A stretch of DNA of 64,000 nt from Alphaproteobacteria bacterium (lineage in GTDB: Bacteria > Pseudomonadota > Alphaproteobacteria > MPNO01 > UBA830), in contig OZ219791.1 of the NCBI GenBank assembly GCA_964291215.2, positions 1,472,001 through 1,536,000 of the forward strand, written 5' to 3'. Shown here one piece after another: positions 20,576-31,314 of this stretch. Below the pieces are notes generated by a model. It saw only the letters and a list, made by a program, of their open reading frames with translations. It ran no database searches and had not been told where the DNA came from. Position numbers and translations under genes: made by a program. The first letter of the stretch is position 1. Each line of letters opens with the position of its first letter.

Positions 20576-20830
20576 CTACCAGCGGATGCCGGAGCGCAGC
20601 ATAACCCCGTGCTGGACCGGAGTGTCCGCATCGTTGTCGTTGGCGGACTCCCTCCGCGTTGCGTCGAGGCTGACCTCGAAGCCGGGACTGTCCCGGATCA
20701 CGGAGGTCACGCGCCAGCCGATGCGGTAGTCGCGCGCACTGGCGCCGAGAGCTGGAAGCCGACGTTCGGCGTCAGGCCCTGCGCGCCGACCACAGCCGCT
20801 CCGCGCCGCTCTCCGGCGCTCCGTATGCCG
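20576..20830 (-). pseudogene. C-terminal fragment of an outer-membrane beta-barrel / surface protein
   Basis: ARDYRIGWRVTS...FEVSLDATRRESANDN...HGVMLRSGIRW*, alternating strands ending in aromatic W; truncated by IS4. Confidence 0.55.
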
Positions 20831-20898
20831 GCGCCAGGCTGAACGAGAGGGCGCGACCCCGCTCGCCGGGAGCCAGGCGCACCGCCCGACGCGCCTCA

Positions 20899-22271
20899 CT
20901 AGCGGTCTTTCAACCGGACACCGTCGAGTCGATCGATTTCAGCATACCGAGATCCCGCATCATTCGGTAGTGTTCGACGAATTGGAGGAGGATTGAGTAT
21001 CTCTGCCAGAGTTTCTGAGTTCCTGGCCGGGGTTGGCGTTTGCTGGGGATGAAGCCTGCCAGGCGCGCGATGTCGATGGCGAAGGCTTCGATGGTCAGTT
21101 CCGGATCGGGAGGCGCGCGCGGTTTGCGTTTGTTGTGCTGCCTGTCGGTCATGTGGATGTTGAGGACCGTGATCTCGTCGCGGTGGATAATGCGGCTGGC
21201 CAGCGTGTTGAGCTCCGAGCGTGCGAGACGCTCGACGGTCATGACGTGATATGCGGTGATGGCATCGAAGGTTAGGCATTTCTTCAGGTCGTCGTCCTGG
21301 TCGAGGTACCGGTCCTCGGTTCGCATGCCGACCTGCAGGGCCTTGAGGTACTCTCCAATCAACCATCGCCTCTCGTAGAAGGAGACGGTGTCGAGGGCAT
21401 CGGCCGCGGTGACCTCGCCTTCGGTAGTGAGCAGCATCCAGTCGAGAGGATCTGCCGGTGGGCCGGGTTCCGTGACATGCACGACCATCACAGGCAGCGG
21501 CGGCGTTCCCCGGGACTTGCTGCCCGGTGGGGCAAGGTCGACCCTTGCCATGCGGACTTCGACGCGCACATCCTTGCGCTCCTTGCGGCGACGCGGCCCT
21601 CCGCAGGCTGCGGTGTCGATCGGCTTCGTCGCGATGCACGGCTCATCGGGCATGTGGTCCCAAAGGTCCCGGTGCGCGCCCGTTGTGGTAACCACGCGCC
21701 GCCGTGTCGAGCGCCTGACGCGCACCAGCAGACCAGCCCTGTGCTCGGTGCTCCGGGCCAGCAGGTCCCGGATGTTGCCTTCATGGTTACGAGATCACGG
21801 TGGGGAGATCACGGATCACCGGCACTTTTGTCGAGGGACAGGCCAGTTCCACGGCCCTGTCGTACCCGCCGGCTCTCCTTGTCGTCCGCCTCGTGCCCCG
21901 GCCGCCGCCGGAAGTCGGCATCGAAATGGAACAGGCCGAGGGCACAGCCGCCTTCGGTGAAGGCGACCCCGGCATGGGCCGCAATATCAAGAGCACCCGA
22001 GCCGCCGCGACCGATGTCGACAAGACCCGCCTCCAGGCCATTGTAATTCAGGAACATCGTGTCCTGGATGGCAAGGACCCGGCGCTGCGGACGGCAGCGC
22101 TCCACCATCGCTTCCTGATGCTCCTCGAGGATATGGTCCATCGGTCACCTTCGGGTTCGACAACAGGCGGCAGGCCGCCTTCTGCTCCGCCCCGCCGGGG
22201 AAGATCACCGGCAGGATCTCTCCGGGACGATCATTCCACGCCCATGGTGATAAGGCGGTCGCGGATGCGCA
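20899..22271 (-). mobile_element. IS4 family (IS50/Tn5-like) transposase remnant
   Basis: RLLSNPKV, VLAIQDT, WMLLTT, YERRWLIGEY.KAL, IARLAGFIPSKRQPRPGTQKLW; frameshifted, 5' end cut by ISAs1. Confidence 0.88.
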
Positions 22272-23559
22272 CACGGCGATCCCACGCCAGGTTTGTTGGA
22301 AGGGTCGGTTTCGCTTGTTCCAGATGATTCGCATTTTTGCCGACTTTTTGTGAAGCGGCGCAGTATCCGTTGTCGTGGAGGCAGCGGATTTTTTTGAGAC
22401 GACTCCGAAGGGTTTTGCGCTCCGGGATGTGGTTGTGCGCCTTGCGCGGCCTGATGTCGCTGGAATCGTGCGGTTGACGGTATCCTGGTTTCAAGCAGTT
22501 TGCCGGTCGAGGTCTGCGTGTTCACCTGGCGCGGGCGGTGGATTGGTGCTGCGGGCTGGCAGACGGGCGCCCTCAGCTGCGCGGGACCGCTGGATTGGCT
22601 GGCGCCGCGAGGAACAGTTCAGGCGGTTGCCGGGAACAACACGAGGTTTGTTGTTCCTGGTGGTCGTTTCCGGGCCTCTTTTGCGTTGTCGCGGATGGTG
22701 CGGCGGCGACCGGGAGGCTGCCGTTGCTTGTTGCGGAGAAGTTTGTCTCGCCGACGAAGTTCAGCGGCACCATGTACAAGGCGGCGAACCGGGAGTGCGT
22801 TGGCAGGAGCCATGCGCGCGCCAGCGGGCGCCGACCGGGGAGGCGAAGGATCCTTACGTTTTTCCGCTGCGTCGTGACGCGGGATCGTTCGCCGCTTCCT
22901 GCGGCGTGGGAGTTGCGGGCGCCGCCGGTCGGCGCAGGAGTTGCGCTCGATTTATCAGCGGCGCTTTCCGGCGCGCGCAGGGGCACCGCATCGCCTCGGT
23001 GCTGTGCGTGATTTTGCTGGCTTGCGAACCGGCACGGTTGCGGCGGCGCACTACGACGCAGAAGGAGCTGGAGCAGCGTGGAAGAACAGGGACAAGCCGG
23101 TCTCCACCGTGCACCGGGTGCTGCAGAACACCGACCCGGGATGGATCGAGGACGCGGCGCGCAGCCGCAGGTCGGCAACGCGGTCGACGGCAAGCGCACC
23201 GGCGAGGATCATTACGAGACGGTCTCGCTGGCCGGTATTCGATCCTCAACTGTCACGGCGGGGAGATCGCTGCCGTCCACGCCGCGACGGCGCCGGCCGT
23301 CTGCTCACCCTCGACGCGCTCCACACCACCCGCGAGGCTGATCGTCGAGACCCATCGCGCGGACTGATGGTCAAGGGCAACGCGCCTTCGAGAGCATCAA
23401 CTGGAAGACCGCGAGCGCTACAGCGAAAAGCCCGCGCATGGCCGCCAGCGCACCATCTTCACCCCGCTGGCGAAGATGATCAACTAGTCAAGCAGATCTT
23501 CCGCGTCACCCGGCGCGTCGAATTCAGGAAATCCGGAAAACCGAACACGCCATGACCTC

Positions 23560-24752
23560 CCCCGTTCCATAGTGAAGTGCAACACATGATGGGCTGTGGC
23601 CATGTGTTTTTAGACGCATGATGTTGCGGAGCTGTCCAGCAGCGGCGAGAGTTCCTGTACAAGATGGAGGGAGCTTGTTCATGTCCAAAGGCTACCGTCA
23701 CCTACGAAGAGCGATGTCAGATTGAGGCAGAAAAGCGGTCTTTCACAAGGTGCGATTGCTCGGCAGCTGGGCCGTTCAACAATTTTCCGAGAGATCAAGC
23801 GCAACACCGGGGGACGGGGTTACCGTCACAAGCAGGCGCAAAGGATGGCAGAAACGCGCCGCAGGGCCGCCTCGTCTGTTTCTTGGCGGTTGACGCCTCA
23901 ACGATGAGCTGAAGCTCAGAAAAAGCTGCGGGAGGGCCCCGAGCAGCGGCCGTTTTCGACTGGAAGGCCGTGAACGGATCCATGATCGCCGAAGATCGGA
24001 GAGCCGGGGGCGTCTTGTGGAAGAAGCTTCGGCGGCGCGGCAAGAAGCCGAACTGGAAGGGCGGATGCCATTCCGGCCGGGTGGACATTTCCGAGCGCCC
24101 TGCGGAGGCAAAGGAACGGATCGGCGACTGGGAGCCATCATCGGCAAAGCTCACAGTGGAGCTGTCGTGTCGCTCGTGCCACGAAATACACCTTGCTGGG
24201 TGGACAGAAAGACACGGTTGGTATGATCCGCCTGCTCGGCTCTGGTGCGCTATTGGTCCACACAATCACAACGGCAAGGAGTTCGCAGACCACAGGCGTG
24301 TCGCACTTGACGCAGATTTCTTCTTCGCCTTTCCATTCCTGGGAGCGCGGCTTGAATGAGCACACCAACGGCCTGGTGCGGGAGTACTTCCCGAAGGGCA
24401 CGGACTTTCGCGCGACATGCAACGAAGATGTTCAGAAGGTGCGGCTCAACACTCGGAAAGTCCTGGGATCGCCGACGGAGGTAATCTTGAAGTGAAACCG
24501 CGCTGACCATCTGCGCCATGTTCCGCAGCCGCAACGTGCAGCAGGGTCCATGCCGCGCGACGGCGAAATAGTGGCTTGAAGCCGACAAAGGCGTTGCATA
24601 AGCTCGATGTTGAAGGAACTGAAGCTGTTCCCAAGCGGAATCGAGAGGGGCAGAGGGGAAAAATTTGCGCAACACCCGGCCCTCATCTCCGTTCGGGCTA
24701 CGCCCTCACTGCGATGAGGGCCGGGTGTTGCACTTCAGACTGGAAGTGGGGC
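23560..24752 (+). mobile_element. IS30 family remnant
   Basis: TYEERCQI, IARQLGRSTIFREIKRN, IGDWE, NGKEF, SWERGLNEHTNGLVREYFPKGTDF; IRs TGAAGTGCAACAC / GTGTTGCACTTCA. Confidence 0.88.
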
Positions 24753-26094
24753 CTTATATGACTAGGTTTTGTCCCCTTGATGATGAAATCATCCACAGCA
24801 GTTGGGGGCGGGAAAATGTGGATCTGTGGGAGAGCTATGGTTGCAGAGAGATTCCGCTCCTCTGTGCGAACACGCACAGGGGAGCGGGGATCAAACGATC
24901 TCCGCGGAGGTTGCCGTTTTAACCTTGACAGAGCCGCGACCGAGTGTGGTCGGCCAACCTCCCTTGACGTCCCTCGCTGGATGCTTGGGTTTGAACCCGT
25001 ATCATCGTAAGGCGAGGAGCAAGGGACGATGGTCAAGGTAGTAGCAGGGGTCAGCCAGTCTGGACATCTGGCGCATTGTTTTGCGAACGACGCCACGAGC
25101 TGGCGGGCAGGTGGCTTCGCGGCCTCGGGGTGAGCTGGGTGGTGGGCGACAGGCCGCTATCACCGCAAGGTTCACCAGTGTCTTCATGACCGGGGCTTCG
25201 AGGTTATTCTCGTCAACCCGTTGCGGGCTTCGCCGAGGCGATGGGCCAACCGCGTCGACGCCAAGATCGGCTGGGCGATCTTGAGTCTGTGGCTCCGCCT
25301 TCCTCAAGAGCCTGGAGGATCTCCTGGTGCCGCGCTTGTCGACGCCAAGCAGGTGGCAGATGAGGTGGATGGCGAGACCGTCACAAGGGCCTCGGCGGCC
25401 GATCTCGATGATCGCATTGCCGGCGCGGCGACCAAAGCGGTGATCGGCGGTGATCCCGAGCAGAGGTACGCCATCCTGACCTCGATCCGGTGACCGCCGC
25501 GGCCCTTCTTTGCTGGATGCCCGAACTCGGCAGTGTCGGCAGCCTTGATCGGGGTGGCGCCAACGACCACGGTGCTAGGCACATCCGTGGCGGGCGCCGA
25601 AGGCCACGTGATCTCCTGCTCATGGCCGCAACCGGCACGCTTCAACGCGGACCTGGTGCGCCTCAAGACTGCCGGCAAGCAAGGTCGCGATTGTCGCCGT
25701 GATGCGCAAGCTCTGGCGAACACCTTGCTGCGACAGCAGCGTTGCCTGAAGCACCGGTGAGTGAGCGAAGGAGACACGGCCCTGCCGAGAGCGCGATCGG
25801 GACTGTCTCGACAGTCTCCCTCTACGACACGACTTGGGGAGAATGTCTGCAGATCATCGTCGAGGTCGACATCAAGGAGATCGAACCGCCTTGGGACACC
25901 TGGAACCCGGACGGTCACGTGCCCGGGGACGGCAAGGTAGCCGCGTTCACGTGACTAATGGACGGCAACCCGCCGCCGGGACCACAAGCTTCATGTCGCC
26001 TCGCTCGCAGAGCAAATCCCACACCGCTTGCGGACAACCACAGAAAACATCACCACAGACACCCGCAAAAACCTTGCCAAGAAACATGGATGCT
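24753..26094 (+). mobile_element. IS110 family element copy B (degraded)
   Basis: Collinear with the reverse complement of 15155-16756, from CTTATATGAC to AAACATGGATGCT. Confidence 0.85.
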
Positions 26095-26529
26095 CGGTCG
26101 AACGCGCCTCGCCGCAACAGTTGCTCGCATGGAATCGCGGACACTGGGTGGTCGAGAGCCATCATCATGTCCGCGACGCCACCTTCCGCGAAGACGACCC
26201 CATGCTCCGAACGCGCCCGCAAACAACGCGATCACCCTTGCAATCATCATCCGCAACAAGCGCAAGCTGCGCAAACCCTTCAACAGCTTCCCACCATGGC
26301 AACAAGCGCAAGCAGGTCCTGCACGCAATCACAAGACCAGGCTGACCGCGCCTTTCTCCCCGACAGAAACCGCAAGCTTTCGAGCCCGGCAACCAAGGCC
26401 TCTCGCTCGCCCCGGATACGCCGACCAATCGCGCCCCGCGCCGCAACAGCGCGTCAGCAAATCTCAAAATCGCAGCCTCGAACGCGTCGACCCGCGCCGC
26501 GATCAGGACTCTGATCACATCACATCAAC

Positions 26530-27097
26530 AAGCATGAGATCACTTTGGCTTGGAGATTTCCCGGGACGGGGCGCCAGAGAAGAAAACGCCTTGCTCGAGA
26601 CGCTGGGAGCGCTGTTTCCAATCATCCTCCTTCTGATGTACGAGGTGATGGCTGGCCTGCTCCGCAGCTACTGAAAACCCCTCGTAGCAATCCTTGGCGT
26701 CCCGGTTGTCTGCGGTGGAGCGGTGTTCGGCCGCTGGATGCTGGGATGAGATCTGGTCGCTGTTTCTCTGTTCGGCATGATCGACATCGTAGGGATGATA
26801 GTGAACGACGCGCTGGTCCTGATCGACGGTTACAATATGATCCGCCGCGAGTACCCCGCCATTCCGGCCATCGCGGCCGCGTCCGGCGCCACGCGCGATC
26901 GTTTCCGTGCCGTGTTTCTGACCTCTCTGACGACCGTGCTCGGGCTCTCGCCCCTCCTCTACGAGCGCAGCGACGAACTCCTGTTCCTCGTGCCATTTGC
27001 GGTCAGCATGCTGGGCGGCCTTATCGTCGCGGCTGCCTCGATCCTGTTCCTGCTGCCGGCGATGGTGATGCTGGTCGAGGGCCGTCGGGAAGTCTGA
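26530..27097 (+). pseudogene. RND efflux permease (AcrB family) C-terminal remnant
   Basis: LRSY*KPL, GMIVNDALVLID, RFRAVFLTSLTTVLGLSPLL, LVPFAVS. Confidence 0.8.
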
Positions 27098-27463
27098 CGC
27101 CTCTCGCTTGCCGGGGGCGACGGCTCATACCGTTGCCGCGCTGCTCGGGTCCCGGCACGGCGCCGAACATGGCATTGCGCCGCCGGCCCCGTCCGCGGGC
27201 TCCGATCATCCGAACCGGCTTTTGATCCATCCGGCCGATTGCCGGAGGCTCTTTCCCGGACCCGCAATAGCGGTAAGATCGGAACGGTGCCGACAACCGC
27301 CTGCCGGGTCGGTCGCACATGACGGCTGGTTGTTGCGGGCCGGCGAGGGAACGGATCACGCCAGTCGCCGATGCGGCAAAATGCGAAGAAAACGCCTCCG
27401 ATCGTGTTTCCGATTCGGCCGATTCAGGATAGCCTCCGGCAATCTGGAGTCGGAGCCGTCATC

Positions 27464-28660
27464 TTGGCAGACATTCATTCAAGCCTCATGCCGTTCCTCT
27501 GGATGTTGCCGCCGGAGGCATCTCACCGGCTGGCGATTTCCGCTCTCAAATGGGGTTTTGGGCCGCGCGACCGAAATCTGGATGATCCCGTTCTCGCAAC
27601 ATCGGTCTGGGGACTCGACTTCCGGAATCCCGTCGGCCTCGCCGCAGGGTTCGACAAGGGCGCAGAGGTGCCTGACGCCATGATGGCGGCCGGATTTGGG
27701 TTCGCCGAGGCCGGCACCGTCACGCCGCTGCCTCAGCCCGGCAATGTGCGCCCCCGGCTGTTCCGACTCTCCGCCGACCAGGCCGTGATCAACCGCTTCG
27801 GTTTCAACAGCGAAGGACTCGAACCCTTCGTGAGGCGCATTTCGCGGCGCCGACGCGGCGCGGGACCGTTCGGCGCCAATATCGGCAGGAACAAGTCGAG
27901 CAGCAACGGCGCGGCCGACTACGAGATCTGCATCGAGGCGGTGGCGCCTCACGTCGACTTCATCGTCATCAACATCTCGTCGCCCAACACCCCGGGATTG
28001 CGCGCGATGCAGAAGCCCGAGGCGCTGTCGTGCCTCCTCGCCAGCGCGGTCGCGGCCCGCAACCGCGCGGCAGCGGGCTACGGCCGGCAGCCGCCGCTTA
28101 TTACCAAGATTTCGCCGGACCTTGCCGGGAATGAACTCGAAGAACTCGCCGATGTCGCGCTCGAGGCAGGCGTCGACGGCCTGACTGTGGTCAACACCAC
28201 CGTAGCGCGCCCCGGCGGCATGTCCGATCCCGGGCGGCACGAGGCCGGCGGCCTGAGCGGCGCCCCGTTGTTTCCGATGGCCATCAACGCGGTCAGCAGG
28301 GTGTATGGGAGAACGCGGGGACGCATTCCGATCATCGGTTCGGGCGGCGTCGCCTCCGGCGCCGATGCCTATGCCATGATCCGCGCAGGCGCCTCGCTGA
28401 TTCAGTTCTACACGGCAATGGTGTTCCACGGACCGGGACTCGTCCGCCAGATCAAATCGGATCTCGCCCGGCATCTGCAGCGCGATGGATTCGCGGCCGT
28501 CGCAGACGCCGTCGGCGCCGATGCAGGACGGAAGCGGCCGCGGGCAAGGCCTGACGCACCGCGCCCGGAGGAGGCGTGCGGGACCGGTATTCCGGTTCCG
28601 GCGCTTGCGGGCGCCGTGGCGGCGCACTACCCCGGGGAAGGCGCCGAAGCGCATCCGTGA
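27464..28660 (+). CDS. pyrD: Quinone-dependent dihydroorotate dehydrogenase
   Basis: NPVGLAAGFDK, INRFGFNSEG, NISSPNTPGLR, KISPDL, GGLSG. TTG start inferred. Confidence 0.95.
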   Translation: MADIHSSLMPFLWMLPPEASHRLAISALKWGFGPRDRNLDDPVLATSVWGLDFRNPVGLAAGFDKGAEVPDAMMAAGFGFAEAGTVTPLPQPGNVRPRLFRLSADQAVINRFGFNSEGLEPFVRRISRRRRGAGPFGANIGRNKSSSNGAADYEICIEAVAPHVDFIVINISSPNTPGLRAMQKPEALSCLLASAVAARNRAAAGYGRQPPLITKISPDLAGNELEELADVALEAGVDGLTVVNTTVARPGGMSDPGRHEAGGLSGAPLFPMAINAVSRVYGRTRGRIPIIGSGGVASGADAYAMIRAGASLIQFYTAMVFHGPGLVRQIKSDLARHLQRDGFAAVADAVGADAGRKRPRARPDAPRPEEACGTGIPVPALAGAVAAHYPGEGAEAHP

Positions 28661-29698
28661 CCGCATCCTGCCGTCTGGCGGGAGAGGCTGCCGGCGCCTA
28701 TCATGCCCCTTCGAGCAGCGAATTGCAGGCGCAGTTCGTGCATCGATCCGACGCCGCCACCCGGAAGATGCGGAGTGTCCCCGGAGGCCGGATGACGCTG
28801 AAAACCACCGACAACGATCTGGCGGCCTTCAGGGCCGGAGCAAATCTCCGGTCGCGATTCGAGACGCTGACGGTGTGAAAGAACAATAACCAGCGCGCCC
28901 CGCACAAGCCGCTCCTCGCACTCTGGGCCATCGGGCGCTGCCTTCGCAGCGAAGACCGGTTTGCCGGCTACCGGGCCGTTGACGAGGATCTTCGGAAGCT
29001 GCTGAAGGAGTTCGGACCACCCCGCAAGTCCCTTCATCCCGAGTTGCCGTTCTGGCACCTGCAGCGTGACGGCGTATGGGAAATCCCGGACCGGGGCCGG
29101 ATTTCCCTGGGTAAGGGCGGTAGCTTGCCCCGCAGGTTCCTCATGGAACAGGACATCGCCGACGGTTTCCCGTACCCGATCTACCGGGCATTTCGCAACA
29201 ACCCCGCTCTCGCCATCGAAACCGCCCATGTGCTCGCGGTCGCGCACTTTCCGGACACCCGCCGGGGTGAAGTCCTCGCGGCCGTCGGTCTCGATCCCGA
29301 GATCGGCCCCGACGGTCTTGTCGCGACGGCCGGCGGGAGCCGCACACGCGACCCCCGTTTCCGCGAGAACGTGCTCGCCGCCTGCGGCCACCGGTGCGCC
29401 GTCTGCAGTTTCGCCATCCGCCTCCCCGACAAGGTGCTCGCGCTCGACGCCGCGCACATCCGCTGGCACGGGGCCGACGGCCCGGACAAGGTCGGAAACG
29501 GCATGGCGCTCTGCGTCATGAATCACAAGCTCTTCGACACGGACGCCTTCACGGTCGTCCCCGGCGATCTAACGGTGATCGTTGCACGCTCGGTCAGCGG
29601 TTCGGGATCGAAGAGATGGCTTGGCAGATTCGACCGGCAGCCGCTCCGGGTGAAGCCCGAACGCGAGCCGCCCGAAGCCACCCATTTCAAGTGGTATG

Positions 29699-30607
29699 GT
29701 AACTGCTCGCCCCTGCTAATCATTGATCGCCTTTTCTGATGGCGTTCGCATCCAGGAACTCGCCGCCGATCCGGTCCTCGACGCTCTTCCGTCCCGGGAG
29801 AAGCACTGGCTCGACATCCTGCGCATGATCGCCTACCGCGCCGAAACCCGGAGGATGACGGCCGCGGCGAAGGAGCAGGGCAGGAAACCGCGCCCGCAAA
29901 GACCCCTCCGCGCCCTCCTGCAGACCACGGTGATCCCATGCTGATTCCGAGACGCGAAATCCGAATGTGTTGGGGCTCGCGTTATCACGGATCGCCCCTT
30001 GATCGCAATTTTTCGCGCCGAGAAAGTCTCATCGAGCCTTGGCGGCACGATTGCAGCGCAACGCAGACCGAAAAATCTCGCCGGTCGCCGCTGGATTAGC
30101 AGCGTGGGATCGCCGTGGCCTGCAGGCCGACGCTGAAATCCTCTCCGAACTCGAACCGGGGTCCTCCGGGTGCGCATCCCCGAATCCGCCTGCAACGCCG
30201 GCGATGCCGCCATCGTGGGGCTGCTGAAGGAATTCAACAAAACCGGCACCTGCGTTCTCGGAACCGAACTCCGCATGGTCTACGATCTGCCTCCGAAGCC
30301 CGCCTGAGCGGCCGCCGGAGGGCCATGGTTCTAGCCTGCCAATTCTCCCGAGGTCATGACATCTGAAGCTGCACCGCCGAACTCCTCAGCCGGCACGATG
30401 GAACCCGCGCCGCGGGCTCGGCACCGCGTTGCTGACCCGGCGCCACCAGCCGGAAAGCAAGACCGGCCGAAGACCGGAACGGTTCTTGCCCACCGGAACC
30501 CGCACCTCCGGTTCCCGGCAATGGGTCAGGGAAGGGGACAAGAAAAGATGCTTGGCCTGAACGCCGTCAGGAACGGCAATTCATGACCAGCAGGGGTGAG
30601 CAGTTAC
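29699..30607. mobile_element. Non-autonomous element with IS66-type ends (909 bp)
   Basis: GTAACTGCTCGCCCC / GGGGTGAGCAGTTAC ends; exact 8-bp TSD GTGGTATG (29691-29698, 30608-30615); holds a transposase-like fragment (LDILRMIAYRAET). Confidence 0.88.
29926..30117. mobile_element. ISAs1-type MITE, copy 2
   Basis: Homologous to 20239-20431; imperfect flanking duplication cctgcag. Confidence 0.85.
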
Positions 30608-30704
30608 GTGGTATGTCTCCGAGGTCTTTCGCGATCCGGATATTGCCGCCTGACCGGTGCGGAACCCTGCCGCGACCGTCCCGCGGAACGCCGCGTCTTG
30701 CGGA

Positions 30705-31280
30705 TCAGTTCGGGGTCCGGCCGGCCCTCAGATAGTGGCGGATCAGGGCGAGGGCTTCCGGCGCATCCCATTCCGCCGGTCCCGCAAGCCGGCCGAGCTC
30801 CTTGCCGTCACGCCCGACCAGTAGAGTCGTCGGCAGACCCCGGATCCGGCTTGCGAACATGAACCGGGATCCCGCGTCGTGTAGGAGGCGCATGTGCATC
30901 AAACCCAGCCGGGCGCGGAACGGGGCGATACGGTCCCATCCACTGCGATCCTCGGACAACCCGAGGACCACGAGATCCCGGCCATCAAACTCCGCCTGAA
31001 GACGGTCGAGGGACGGCATCTCGCGCACGCAGGGTCCGCACCACGTCGCCCAAAAATTCACCAGAACCAGCCTGCCCCGGAAATCCGCGAGCGACACCCT
31101 GCTTCCATCCTCGTCAACGAACACGCTTGCGGGCGGCGTCACGGGCTCCGCCGCCGGCTCGAACTTCTGCATCCATCCCGCAAGCGGCGGCCCGGCCGGC
31201 TCCGCCCGGGAACTTGATTGCCCGCAGAGAGATGCCATTATCAGGCTCGCTGCGAGCACGACGCCCGCGGCCACACGCAT
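30705..31280 (-). CDS. tlpA: TlpA family thiol:disulfide oxidoreductase
   Basis: [28 protein letters not shown]; divergent from argH. Confidence 0.9.
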   Translation of the reverse strand: MRVAAGVVLAASLIMASLCGQSSSRAEPAGPPLAGWMQKFEPAAEPVTPPASVFVDEDGSRVSLADFRGRLVLVNFWATWCGPCVREMPSLDRLQAEFDGRDLVVLGLSEDRSGWDRIAPFRARLGLMHMRLLHDAGSRFMFASRIRGLPTTLLVGRDGKELGRLAGPAEWDAPEALALIRHYLRAGRTPN

Positions 31281-31314
31281 TCGGGCAATCGGCAACAGTC
31301 TGCAAGCAGCCATC

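Larger units (their letters stand above)
22272..26470 (+). mobile_element. ISAs1 family remnant with N-terminal DUF4338/DruA-like region, interrupted by IS30 and IS110
   Basis: Left end CACGGCGATCCCACGC; RDRWIGW, NNTRF, GTMYKAAN; AVDGK, TLDALHT, VKGN; resumes after 26094 with ERASPQQLLAWNRGHWVVE, RDATFRED. Right end approximate. Confidence 0.8.
28792..30653 (+). pseudogene. HNH restriction endonuclease with SBD-like N-terminus, nonsense codon and IS insertion
   Basis: V*KNNNQRAPHKPLL, PFWHLQRDGVW, RDPRFRENVL, CAVC, LDAAHIRWH, NGMALC..HKLFD; tail VSEVFRDPDIAA* resumes after 30615. Confidence 0.85.

Noticed and set aside
28876-28878. TGA read as Trp (also in vapC and the RND remnant)
   Set aside because: Many intact genes here end in TGA and use TGG for Trp; all three cases are in genes broken in other ways.
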